From assembly GCF_009914755.1 (NCBI RefSeq), contig NC_060947.1: a stretch of 64,000 bases of DNA, one strand, 5' to 3'. Source of the DNA: the human T2T-CHM13v2.0 reference genome, Homo sapiens. Shown in pieces: positions 27,975 to 50,366 of this stretch. The notes under the pieces are model-generated. The model worked only from the letters and a program-made list of their open reading frames with translations. It did no database searches and was not told the DNA's origin. The number at the start of each line of letters is the position of its first letter. Within the stretch, counting starts at the first letter, position 1. Made by a program: the position numbers and the translations under genes.

Positions 27975-30806
27975 AAACACCTCTATGGAAATAAACTAGA
28001 AAATCTAGAAGAGATGGATAAATTCCTGCACACATACACCCTCCCAAGACTAAACCAAGAAGAAATTGAATCCATGAATATACCAAAAACAAATTCTGAA
28101 ATTAAGGCAGTAATTAATAGCCTACCCATCAAAAAAAAAAAAAAAAAAAAAAAAAAGCCCATGACCAGAAGGATTTACAGCCAAATTCTACCAAAGGTAA
28201 AAAGAGGAGCTGCTATCATTCCTTTTGAAACTAATCCAAAAAATTGAAAAGGAGGGAATCCTCCCTAACTCATTTTATGAGACCAGCATCATCCTGATAC
28301 CAAAACCTGGCAGAAACACAACAACAACAAAAAAAACCTCAGGCCAATAACCCTGATGAACATTGATGCAAAAATCCTCAATAAAATACTGGCAAACTGA
28401 ATTCAGCAGCAAATCAAAAAGCTTATCCACCATGATCAAGTTGGCTTTATCCATGAGATTCAAGGCTGGTTCAACATATGCAAATCAATAAAAGTAATCC
28501 AACACATAAACAGAACCAATGACAAAAACCAAATGATTATCCAATAGATGCAGAAAAGACCTTCAATAAAACTCAACATCCCTTCATGTTAAAAACTCTC
28601 AATAAACTAGGTATTGATGGAATATATCTCAAAATAATAAGAGCTATTTATAACAAATGCATAGCCAATATCATACTGAATGGGCAAAAGCTGGAAGCAC
28701 TGCCCTTGAAAACTGGCACAACACAAGGATGCCCTCTCTCACCACTCCTATTCAACATAGTATTGGAAGTTCTGGCCAGAGCAATCAGGCAAGGGAAAGA
28801 AATAAAGGTATTCAAATAGGAAGACAGGAAGTCAAATTACCTTTTTTTTGCAGATGATATAATCCTATATCTAGAAAACCTCATCATCTCAGCCCCAAAA
28901 CTCCTTAATCTGGTGAGCAACTTCAGCAAAGTCTCAGGATATGAAATCAATGTGCAAAAATCTCCAGCATTCCTATGCACCAACAGCAGGCAAGCAGAGA
29001 ACCAAATCATGAGTGAACTCCCATTTACAATTGATACAAAGAGAATAATAAAATACCTAGGAATATAACTTATAAGGGATGTGATGGACCTCTTCAAGGA
29101 GAACTACAAACCACTGCTCAAGGAAATAAGAGAGGACACAAATAAATGGAAAAACATTCCATCCTCATGGATAGGAAGAATCAATATCATGAAAATGGCC
29201 ATACTGCCAAAAGTAATTTATAGATTCAATGCTATTCCCATCAAACTACCAATGACATTCTTCACAGAATTAGAAAAATCTACTTTAAATTTCATATGGA
29301 ACCAAAAAAGAGCCTGTATAGCTAAGACAATCCTAAGCAAAAGATCAGAACTGGAGTCATCATGCTACCTGACTTCAAACTATACTTCAAGGATACGGTA
29401 ACCAAAACAGCATGGTACTGGTACCAAAACAGACATACAGACCAATGGAACAGAACAGAGACCTCATAAATAACACCACACATCTACTATCATCTGATCT
29501 TTGACAGACCTGACAAAATCAAGCAATGGGGAAAGGATTCCCTATTTAATAAATGGTGCTGGGAAAACTGGCTACCCATATGCAGAAAACTGAAACAGGA
29601 CTCCTTTCTTACACCTTATACAAAAATTAACTCAAGATAGATTAAAGACTTAAATGTAAAGCCCAAAACCATAAAAACCCTAGAAGAAAACCTAGGCAAT
29701 ACCATTCAGGACTTAGGCATGGGTAAAGACTTTATGATGAAAATGCCAAAAGCAATTGCAACAAAAGCTAAAACTTACAAATGGGATCTAATTAAATTAA
29801 AGAGCTTCTGTGCAGCAAAAGAAGCTATAATCAGAGTGAATAGGCAACCTACAGAATTGGAGAAAATTTTTGCAATCTATACATCTGAGAAAGGTCTAAT
29901 ATCCAGAATCTACAAGGAACTTCAACAAATTTACAAGAAAAAAAAAATCAACCCCATCAAAAAGTGGGCAAAAGATATAAACATACACTTTTCAAAAGAA
30001 GACATTTATGTGGCCAACAGACATATGAAAAAAAGCTCAACATCACTGACCATTAGAGAAATGCAAATCAAAACCGCAATGAGATACCAACTCACAACAG
30101 TCAGAATGGCGATTACTAAAACGTCAAGAAACAATAGATGCTGGTGAGGCTGTGAAGAAATAGGAACACTTTTACACTGTTGGTGAGAATGTAAATTAAT
30201 TCAACCATTGTGGAAGACAATGTGGCAATTCATCAGGGGTCTAGAACCAGAAATACCATTTGACCCAGCAATCCCATTACTGGGTATATACCCAAAGGAA
30301 TATAAATAATTCTACTATAAAGACACATGCACACATGTGTTTACTGCAGAACTATTTACAATAGCAAAGACATGGAACCAACCCAAATGCCCATAAATGA
30401 TAGACTGGATAAAGAAAATATGGTACATATACACCATGGAATACTATGCAGCCATAAAAAGGAATGAGATCATGTCCTTTGCCAAGACACAAATGAAGCT
30501 GGAAGCCATTATTCTCAGCAAACTAACACAGTGACAGAAAACGAAACACTGCATGTTCTCACTCATAAGTGGGAGTTGAACAATGAGGACGCATGGACAC
30601 AGAGAGGGGAACAACATACCAAGGCTAGTCAGGGGTTGAGTGGCGAGGAGAGGAAGAGTACTAGGACAAATAACTAATGCATGTGGGGCTTAAAACCTAG
30701 ATGACAGGTTGATAGGTGCAACAAACCACCATGGCACACATACACCTACGTAACAGACCTACATGTTCTGCACTTGTATCCTAGAACTTAAAGTAAAAAT
30801 TTTAAA
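27975..30806 (+). mobile_element. 5'-truncated L1PA (about L1PA8-like) fused to U6
   Basis: [17 protein letters not shown] onward through RT, C-terminus and 3' UTR; TSD aagaataaata at 27857-27867 and 30807-30817 brackets U6 plus L1. Confidence 0.95.
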
Positions 30807-30824
30807 AAGAATAAATAAAAGGAC

Positions 30825-31145
30825 TAATCTAGAGAAATGCTTGCACAAGTGCATCAGGAGACATATATAAGAATGTACACGTTTATAGCAGCCAATGTGC
30901 TCTCATATACTAAAAATGTTACAATGACCTAAATATTCTTAAGTAGTAAAATGGCTAAATACATTATGTTGTATATATAAAATGGAATACTACAGAACAG
31001 TGAAAATGAAACAGCTAGAGTTACATATCACAACATGAATAAATCTCCAAAACATAATATTGAGAGAATGAAGCAAGTTGCAAAAGGTATTATATAGTAT
31101 GATTCCATTTATTTAAAGTTCAGAAATAGGCAAAAGTAAACAGAA
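30825..31145 (+). mobile_element. Old L1ME-like fragment
   Basis: aatggaatactac..cagtgaaaatgaa..aaacataatattgag..aagcaagttgcaaa..tatgattccattt. Confidence 0.65.
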
Positions 31146-31833
31146 TTATCAACCAACCCTCTAACAAATTGAGGGTAAAGAGATCAATGTAATACAATAA
31201 TCTACCATCTGAAAAAAATTGGTAACTTTATTTGAATTGAATATTTTGTCCTTTACCAACCATGTTCTATTATAGGACTGTGCTCAGAAAGCTTTAGATA
31301 TTATGGTGCCATCATCATGGGTATTAGCTCAGTCAAGATTATTATTTTATTATTATTAGTTTTATATTTATAGTCATTCTAATGGGTGTTATAATTTATG
31401 AGTCTGGTGACAACTAGAAGAGCTACAAACTATTCTGTTGATATCTTTCCCTTCGATTCTGAATATATATTCAATCTCAGCACTAGAAATAGCACATACA
31501 GTTTTTTATTACTAATTTGTTCCTAGGATCTTTAATTCTTTCTACATTCATCTTCTACATTCAGTACTACTGCCTTTTCTTCTAGTATTGTCAGATTACA
31601 CTGTGAAATGTCTGCCATTCACTGTCAAAACAGCATCTCCCCACAACAAAAGACAGAAATAGCAGCCTTCCCACAGCCACAGCTAACCAAGGTTTTATGA
31701 TGATCAAGACACACAGCCATTAATACGCACATGGAGTCATGCTTGGAGTTTGGGGATAAAGACAAACTGAGTCTTGAGTTTAAGAGACCCAAAATCATAT
31801 CACATGGACAACACTTTAAAGAATATGACTATT

Positions 31834-37690
<5,857 letters not shown>

Positions 37691-37739
37691 AAGGAATATG
37701 ACTATTAAGTTATTCCTCCGTGGTGGGAATAAGGGAGAC

Positions 37740-37965
37740 ACATTTGATAACTAACTTAAAATATCTAAAGAATTGTCACATGGAAGCTGGATTTAACTTG
37801 TTCTTCATGACCCCAAGGGATAGAACTTGAATCAATAGGTCAAAGCTTCAGAAAGACAAATTTGTTCAATTTAAGGAAGAGCCACCCAGAAATACAATAA
37901 CCAGTCCCTCAGAAAAGTGAACTACATATTTCAAGAAGCATTCTAAAAGAGTTTAGGCAAGCAGT
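37740..37965 (+). mobile_element. L3/CR1 fragment (upstream part probably near 31780-31830, split by the L1)
   Basis: aatatctaaagaattgtcacatggaag..ttaacttgttct..ccaagggatagaac..aatagg..aagcttcag resembles the L3 3' region. Confidence 0.65.
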
Positions 37966-38847
37966 AAGATGGGTTCAGAGAATAAAATGATTGATTTTTC
38001 AGGGTTCTTAGAGTCTGGGTTCTAGGCATGGAAGAGGATGCTGAGGTAGTAGTCAAGAGGCCTGGGTTATTGCCCTTGCACATCCACTAACTAGATAGAT
38101 GACCACCATTTTGAGACTTTTCTCTTCTAATAAGGGTATTAGGATAAATGGATAGTGTTGTCACTGCCTTGATAGAAATAACAGCTCCATATCAGATTAA
38201 TTTCACACTGATGTCAACCTTACAACAGAAAATCTGTTTCACTGAAGGCAACCTAATTTACTAACACTGGGAATCTGATATAGACCAGCAAGGTTTGGAG
38301 CATTTATTCTCTGGGGAAACATCAGTAGAAGTATAATGTACACATCACCACCACGGAGTTAAAAAAAAAAGTTTAATCAAAGAGAAAGATTCCACAGGAG
38401 CTAGGCTTGATGCTCAAGAAGAATCATTTTGCCTTTGAGAGGAATTACTCCTCCAAGAGTAGCTTTACCCTTGGCTTCTATGAAATATTGGTATATCACC
38501 TGGAAATAAGCACCACAACATTTTCTTTTTTATTGGTTTATTATGTTGCTGTATAATACCTAATGAACACAGTCAGTTGGCTAAATATTGTCCACATTCT
38601 GAGTCTATGTAAAGGTATGCAGGTATAGCTTATAGAGTCCTTGATATCCCCTGAACCAAGAGAGTCAATTATGTTTATTTTATTACTATAAATTTTACAG
38701 AGGAGAGAAATATTTTTTTCTATATTCCAGGGCAATGGAAAGATGCTTCATTTCTTTTCATACTGTTTCTAACCCTATGTTAGGAATATAGTCACTGTTA
38801 TCTACTTTTCAACTATACAGCAATTTTTAGCAATTTCTGATGGGGAA

Positions 38848-39245
38848 ATGTATCAGTCAAGTTCCCTGCAGGAAACAGAATTCCACTCAGGTGATTCAAT
38901 TAAGAAATTTTTTAAAAAAACTACTTACAGATGTGTGGCTAGGGTTAAGGTTAAACAAGGAAGGATGAGGCCATTATGACCCAAAGATTAGTCATAGCTG
39001 GAAGCCATTACCAATCCTAGGTTTGAAAGGGAACATGGAGGAAATAGTGTTTTAGGAACCAGTGAGAGCTGGGACTATGGAGGAAGGGATACTTAGCAAA
39101 AGCTGTAGCAATGGAGAGACTCAACCACAGCCAAAACCAGAACCAACTCAGCCAGGGTGAAACAGGGAAGGGATATCCCGGCTACTCTCTCTTTATGTCC
39201 TATGATCTCATGCTGCTGACTCCTTTTAGCTGAGTCAACAATGCA
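38848..39245 (-). mobile_element. Old LTR remnant (ERVL/MaLR group)
   Basis: Starts tgtatcagtcaagttcc..caggaaacaga, an LTR terminal motif. Confidence 0.45.
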
Positions 39246-39679
39246 AACTCAGAAATTTAGTTTGGAATAGTTTGTCCAATTACTATCTCCTAACTCCCAT
39301 TTCTGATTATTTCCCATATATATCACACTCTCAAAGGGATATAGTCTAGAAAATTTGTTAATGACTACCTAACCTATAAATAATGGAATCCATATGTCAC
39401 TTGGAGAGAAAAAAAAGATGCATAGGGCTACATTTATTGTAATTTAATCATCATTCAAAAATTAATTTAGCCACTACTATATAGTGCTGAAGACAGAAAT
39501 GGTATCAGACTTCATGCATCTTCTACAATATAAAAATGCCTAGAGACATGTTCAGTTAAAAAGAGAGAAGATATACACACTACATGTAGATATAGAAGTT
39601 TGCCCACATGCACATGTGTCTGTAGTGTGCATGTATGGGTGTATATGTGTATGTGTGCCTATAGTGAGAATGTGTATAT

Positions 39680-40180
39680 CTGTGCTGATATTCTGCACTT
39701 CCCCTCTCCATGACCCTCCCCAAATCCACTCTCCACTCTTCTCCAACTGCTTTGTGCCCTAAATGACTGAACTATATGAATTACATCAATGGATTTCCTC
39801 ATCCTCTAGCTTCTTGTTGGGTTCAGACAATGAGTGGAACGCCAGAAGAAAATCAGAAGGCAGCAAATAAGATATATCAGAGTATTTATTTCTCTGAGTC
39901 TCCTTGCAAAGTCACTATGACTCATCATATCCTCAACTAAAAATCACAGTTCCTATCAAGCAATCCATCTTTCTCTGCAGGTTCCAGTTGCTGCTCTCTC
40001 TCCTTGTCCCTTCGGTAGTGACGGCACCTTGCTCTGACTATCTCCTGGGGTACTACTTCACTAACCCTGTGGTTTCCCTGTACCCTGCCCATATCTTGTA
40101 AATTATGCCTTTATTAAACTCTTCTCAGGTTACATAATTTGACAGTGCCATCTGTTTACAGCAGGAACCTTGATGTATAC
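39680..40180 (+). mobile_element. Old ERVL LTR (LTR33/41-like)
   Basis: ttgtaaat..cctttattaaactct...gtgccatctgttt..aggaaccttgatgtataca end. Confidence 0.6.
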
Positions 40181-40515
40181 ATTACGCCCCAACAACTTAC
40201 AACGATTAATAGTATTTTTCTAGTCTTACTGCAACATTCCAGGCTTTAGAAAATTGTATTTCCTTGGTAATAATCTAGGTATATCAGACTGCAAGGTCTT
40301 CAAGAGCAGAGATCATACCATACACACAGTTGTAACATTTGCAGGCATAAATAGCTCCTGCTGCTCACAGTTGGCAATCAACAATTATTCTGAGGAATTG
40401 AATTGACCTAAAACAAAACATAGCTATTCCCAGGCTATGATCTTGAATGAACAAAATAAACATTATCTTAATCACGACGTTAAAAAAAATCATGTGATCC
40501 TATTTACTGATGTTA

Positions 40516-41049
<534 letters not shown>

Positions 41050-41661
41050 TCATGAGTGCATGGAAAAGAAGTATGATGACAAAAGATTTGCTCTCCAGCT
41101 TTTCTATCTTTTGATTATTCCTAACCCCTTTATTAGTATGTTCTGATTCCCTATTATCCCTTTTCATTCACTGCAGTATAAAGGTCTCTGCACCCACCCA
41201 CCCAATTACAAACATCTGCTACTGAAATGACCCAGAACTGTCCTTTAAAAAAAGTCAGTAGGAAATTAAGTCCTGCCATAACAAAAATACAATGGAATGA
41301 AAGTATCTACTGATACTTTTCTAAGAAAACTGACACCACCCTCGGTCTTTTCTCATATTATGGCAGAGCATCAAGGTCTTCCTTTCTAAGTAGCCTTTGT
41401 ATTACGAAGGGTTCTTATTTGTGATTCAATACCTTGCCTAGCTGTGCAATATAGGTTATAGATCTTGCCATTCACAAGTATATTGCCAAGATTAGCTAAT
41501 TATTGCACATTTCAAAAATAAACAAACCAGAGAGCATAATATCAAGGGTAAAACAAATTTTCCAATCAAAGACTCTTCATTACATCAAGACTAAATAATA
41601 AGTTATCTTTTTCTCTCTCTCTATTTTCCAGATATTATTTAAGGAAAGTCATACATTCTTT

Positions 41662-45066
<3,405 letters not shown>

Positions 45067-45529
45067 GAAAGTCATACATTCTTTAGAGAAATAAGAGATG
45101 GTCTTTACTTAATTCTAATTAAGTCTTTCCAAAGGAGATGAATGCCAATCCAATGTAGCTGAAAATTCTTTATTTTAAATAGTCTCACAGTTTAATAACA
45201 TATTTTGGCATTACTTTTGTCCAATATAAAATTAATCTTATATTGGCAATAAATTATCATTGCACAATAACACATTTGTTTCTGCTTTCTTTGCTGTTGA
45301 TTTCTTCAGTGTTGACCATTTGCTTATTTATCCTTTCTATTAGCATTTGCTGATTGCTTATTATGCAGTTGACACTTTCCCAAACTTAAAGAAGATACAA
45401 ATACATGGTCGTAACCCTCCAAAAGCCTATGTATAGAAAATAAGATAGGCATGCAGTAAACTGGCAGGCCAGCTGGGGGATGCATAGTCTATGAGAGCCT
45501 AGCAGAAAACACTTATTTCTGCTTCCCGT

Positions 45530-45784
45530 GCTTGTTCATCCTCCAGCAGCCTAGAGAAGCAAAAGAAGAAGTGCATAAGGCTTCTTGAGACCTAAGCTTG
45601 AAACTGACCCACTGTCACTCCCAATGCATCCTATTGGCCAAAGCAAGTCACAAGGCCAACCCATATTTAATGGGAAAGGATATAGGCTCCACCTCTTAAT
45701 GGAAGGAGCAGCAAAGTAATTGTAGAAAAGCTGTGGATGCAAGGAGAGATAGAAGATTGGAGACATGTTTGCATAGTACCACAT
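45530..45784 (-). mobile_element. Old MLT1 LTR fragment
   Basis: ctattggccaaagcaagtcacaaggccaaccca..ctccacctcttaatggaaggagc..caaag. Confidence 0.75.
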
Positions 45785-46052
45785 GCACAGTAAGACAACA
45801 GATCTAACCTAGAGGGAATCAAGAAAGGCAAAATACAGTCTTTAAATATTAGTATATTAGTATCTATAATAATATGCATTAAAAGGCAAATCAATACTTA
45901 CATTGACAGTATAAAATAAGGAATCCAAAACATATAATTGAGTGATAGCCTTGAGTCAGTTGTTCTCTTGTTACATTTGTCACTTAGCTAAACCTCTGAA
46001 AAGTAAAGTAAGACATTTTTTTGTGAACTTTAGCTAAATATAAACTCTGTAA

Positions 46053-48370
46053 TTCTTTTTTCTTTTTAAAAATTTTTCCATAAGTTATTAGGGTATAGGT
46101 GGTATTTGGTTACATAAGTAAGTTCTTTGGTGGTGATTTGTGAGATTTTGGTGTGCCCATCAACCAAGCAGTATACACTGCACCACATTTGTAGGCTTTT
46201 ATCCCTTGCCTCCCTCCTACTCTTGCCCGCAAGTCCTCAAGGTCCATTGCATCATTCTTATGTCTTTGCATCCTCATACTTTAGCTCCCACATGTCAGTG
46301 AGAACAAACGATGTTTGGTTTCCCATTCCTGAGTTGCTTCACTTAGAATAATAGTCTCCTATCTTATCAAGGTCACTGCAAATGCTGTTAATTCATTCCT
46401 TTTTATGGCTGAGTAGTATTCCATTGCATATATATACCACAGTGTCTTTATTCACTCATTGATTGATGGGCATTTGGGTTGGTTCCATGATTTTGCAACT
46501 GTGAATTGTGCTGCCATAAACATGAGTGTGCAAGTATCTTGTTCGAATAATGACTTCTTTTCCTCTGGGTAGATACCCAGTAGTGGGACTGCTGGATCAA
46601 ATGGTAGTTCTACTTTTAGTTCTTTAAGGAAGCTCCACACTGTTTTCCATAGTGGCTGTACTAGTTTACTTTCCCACCAGCAGTGTAGAAGTGTTCCCTG
46701 ATCACTGCATCCATGCCAACATCTACTGTTTTTTGATTTTTTGATTATGGCCGTTCTTGCAGGAGTAAGGTGGTATCACATTGTGGTTTTGATTTGCATT
46801 TTCCTGATTGTTAGTGATGTTGAGCGTTTTTTCATATGTTTGATGGCCATTTGGGTATCTTTTAAGAATTGTCTATTCATGTCCTTAGCCCACTTTTTGA
46901 TGGGATTGTTTGCTTTTTTCTTACTGATTTGTTTGAGTTCATTGTAGATTCTGGATATTAGTCCTTTGCCAGATGTATTGATTGTGAAGATTTTCTCCCT
47001 CTCTGTGGGTTGTCTGCTTATTCTGCTGACTGTTCCCTTTTGCCGTGCAAAAGTTCTTTAGTTTCATTAGGTCCCAGCTACTTATCTTTGTTTTTGTTGC
47101 ATTTGCTTTTGAATTCTTGGTCATAAAATCCTTGCCTAAGCTAATGTCTAGAAGGGTTTTTCCAATGCTATCTTCTAGAATTTTTATAGTTTCAGGTCTT
47201 AGGTTTAAGTCCTTAATCCAAGTTGAGTTGATTTTTGTATAAGGTGAGAGATGAAGATACAGTTTCATTCTTCTACTGTAGCTAGCCAATTACCCCAGCA
47301 CCATTTGTTGAAAAGGATGTTCTTTCCCCACTTCATGTTTTTGTTTGCTTTGTCGAAGATCAGTTGGCTGTAAGTATTTGAGTTTATTTGTGGGTTCCCT
47401 ATTCTGTTCCATTGGTCTATATGCCTATTTTTATACCAGTATCACACTGTTTTGTTGACTACGGCCTTATAGTATAGTTTGAAATCAGGTAGTGTGATGC
47501 CTCCAGATTTGTTCTTTTTGCTTAGTCTTGCTTTGGCTATGCGGGCTCTTTTTTGGTTCCATATGAATTTTAGAATTGTTTTTTCTAATTCTGTGAAGAA
47601 TCATGGTGGTATTTTGATGGAGATTGCATGAATTTGTAGATTGCTTGTGGCAATATGGTCATTTTCACAATATTGATTCTACCCATCCATGAGCATGGGA
47701 TGTGTTTCATTTTGTTTGTGTCATCTGTGATTTCTTTCAGCAGTGTTTTGTAGTTTTCCTTGTAGAGGTCTTTCACCTCCTTGGTCAGGTATATTCCTAA
47801 GTATTTTATTTCATTTTTTTGCGGCTATTGTAAAAGGGGTTGAGTTCTTGATTTAATTCTCTGCTTGCTCGCTGCTAGTTTACAGAAGAGATACTGATTT
47901 GTGTACATTAATCTTGTATCCAGAAACTTTGCTGAATTATTTTATCAGTTCCAGGAGCTTTCTGGAGGAGTCCTTAGGGTTTTCAAGGTAAAAGATCATA
48001 TCATCAGCAAACAGGGACAGTTTGACTTCCTCTTTACCAGTTTGGGTGCCCTTTCTTTCTCTCTTTTTTTCTGATTGCTCTGGCTAGGACTTCCAGTACT
48101 ATGTTGAAGAGGAGTGGTGAGAGTGAGCTTCCTTGTCTTGTCCCAGTTCTCAGAGGGAATGCTTTCAATTTTTCCCCATTCAGTATTATGTTGTCTGTGG
48201 GTTTGTCAGAGATGGCTTTATTACATTAAGGTATGTCCATTGTATGCTGATTTTGTTGAGAGTTTTAATCATAAAGGGATGCTGGATTTTGTAGAATGCT
48301 TTTTCTGCATCTGTTGAGATAATCATATGATTTTTGTTTTTAATTCTTTTTATGTGGTATATCACATTTA
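46053..48370 (-). mobile_element. 5'-truncated L1PB-like LINE-1
   Basis: L1PB 3' end (ccataagttatt..ggtggtatttggttacat..gtaagttcttt), ORF2 remnants to RT. Confidence 0.9.
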
Positions 48371-48374
48371 ATAC

Positions 48375-48873
48375 AGATGCCCCATTATTGAGTATATATT
48401 TTATATAAATTATTCTAACACAAAGACACATGCACACATATGTTCATTGCAGCATTGTTCCTAATAGCAAAGACATGGAATAAAGAAAATGTGGTATATA
48501 TGCACCACAGAATACTATGCAGCCATATAAAGGAACGAGATCATATTATCTGAAGCAACATGGATGGAGTTGGAGGCCATTATCCCAAGTGAATTAACAC
48601 AGGAACAGAAAAGCAAATACTGTATCTTCTCACTTACAAATGGGAATTAAATTTTGCATACATATGGACACAAATAAAGGAACAACAGGCACCAGGGCCT
48701 ACTTGAGGGGGTAGGGTGGGAGGATGGAGAGCACTGAAAAGCTACCTATTGGGTACTACGCTTATTACCTGTATGACAAAATAATCTGTATACCATACCC
48801 CCATGACACACAAGTTACCTACATGACAAACCTGCATGTATACCCCTGAACCTAAAATAAAAGTTAAAGAAAA
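48375..48873 (+). mobile_element. Older L1PA 3'-end fragment
   Basis: aaagacacatgcacacatatgttcattgcagc ... cccctgaacctaaaataaaagtt. Confidence 0.88.
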
Positions 48874-49315
48874 GCATAACCCAACTCCATTTTGTTTACA
48901 AGCAACTAACTACAAATTCAACATATGTGGGTTGGAAGTAAAATGATGGGAAAGATAACCCATACAAACATCAAAAACAAGCTGAAGTAGCTATATTGAT
49001 ATCAGATAAAGTAGACTTCAGAACAAATAAAACTACGAGAGACAAATAGAAATGTTACATAATGACAGAAGGATTAATACACCAAGAAGACACAGTAATC
49101 CTAAATATGTACATATCAAAAATAGAGCCTCATAATAAAAAGCAAAAAATGATACAGCAAAAATTGATGTAACTGAAAGGAAAAATAAATCCAAAATTTT
49201 AGATGTGCATGTCATTATTCCCCTCTCAGCAATAGATTGAACTAGTAGACAGAAAATCAGCAAGTATACATGAAATCTGTATAATACATTTAGCCAACAA
49301 GACCATATATGTGTG

Positions 49316-49318
<3 letters not shown>

Positions 49319-49367
<49 letters not shown>
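49319..49367. repeat. (TA)n microsatellite
   Basis: About 24 TA units. Confidence 0.97.
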
Positions 49368-49372
<5 letters not shown>

Positions 49373-50366
49373 CTATGTAATGGTTCACTGAAAACCAGCA
49401 GAATACACAATTTTTTAAACACCAATGGAATAATTCATCAGACAGATTATATTCCAGGTCATTAAAAAACTTAAATAAACTTAAAATAAGTAAAATCATA
49501 TAGACTGTTCTCCTACCATAACAGAATCAAACTATGTATCAACACCAGAAAGGCAACAGGAAAATATTCAAACTCATAGACACTAAATATCACAATTTTA
49601 AATAATCCATAGGTCCAAGAGGAAAACAAAAAGGAAATTTAAAAATAAATAAAACTTGATGAAAATTAAAATACAACATGTCTAAGTATGTCAGATGTGG
49701 CTAAAGTAGTATTGAGAGGGAAATTCATAGTATTAAATGCTTATACAGTCATGCACCACATAATGATACTTCAGTCAATGATGGACCACATATACAATCA
49801 TGGTATCATAGTTTTATAATGGATCTGACAAATTCCTATCATCTAGTGACATTTTAGCTATTATAATACATAGCAGAATGCATTACTCATGTGTTTGTGG
49901 TGATGCTGGTATAAACAAAACTTCTGCACTGCTAGATGTATAAATACATAGCACATACAACTATGTACAATACATGATACCTAAAAATGATTGTAAATGC
50001 TATGTTCCTGGTTTATTTATTTACTATACTGGACTTTTAATTGCAATTTTAGAGTGTACTCCTACTTACATAAAAATGTTAACTGTAAAGCACCATCAGC
50101 AGGTCCTTCAGAGGTATTTCACAAAAAAGCATTGTTGTCATATGAGATGACAGCTCCATGCGTGTTACCACCCCTGAAAATCTTGCAGTTGGACAAGATC
50201 TGGAGAGGGAAGACAGTGATGTTGATTATCGTGGTCCTGCATAGGCTTAGGATAATGTGTGTGTTTGTGTCTTGGTTTTTAACGAAAACCTTTTAAAAGT
50301 AAAAAGATAAAAAAAAATTTTAATTAGAAAAAACTCATAAAACAGGGATGAAAATAAAATATTTTG

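Noticed and set aside
38400-38515. Possible minus-strand micro-exon (cttatttccag GTGATATACC...CAAGG gtaaag)
   Set aside because: Weak polypyrimidine tract, unrecognised peptide, no supporting neighbouring exons
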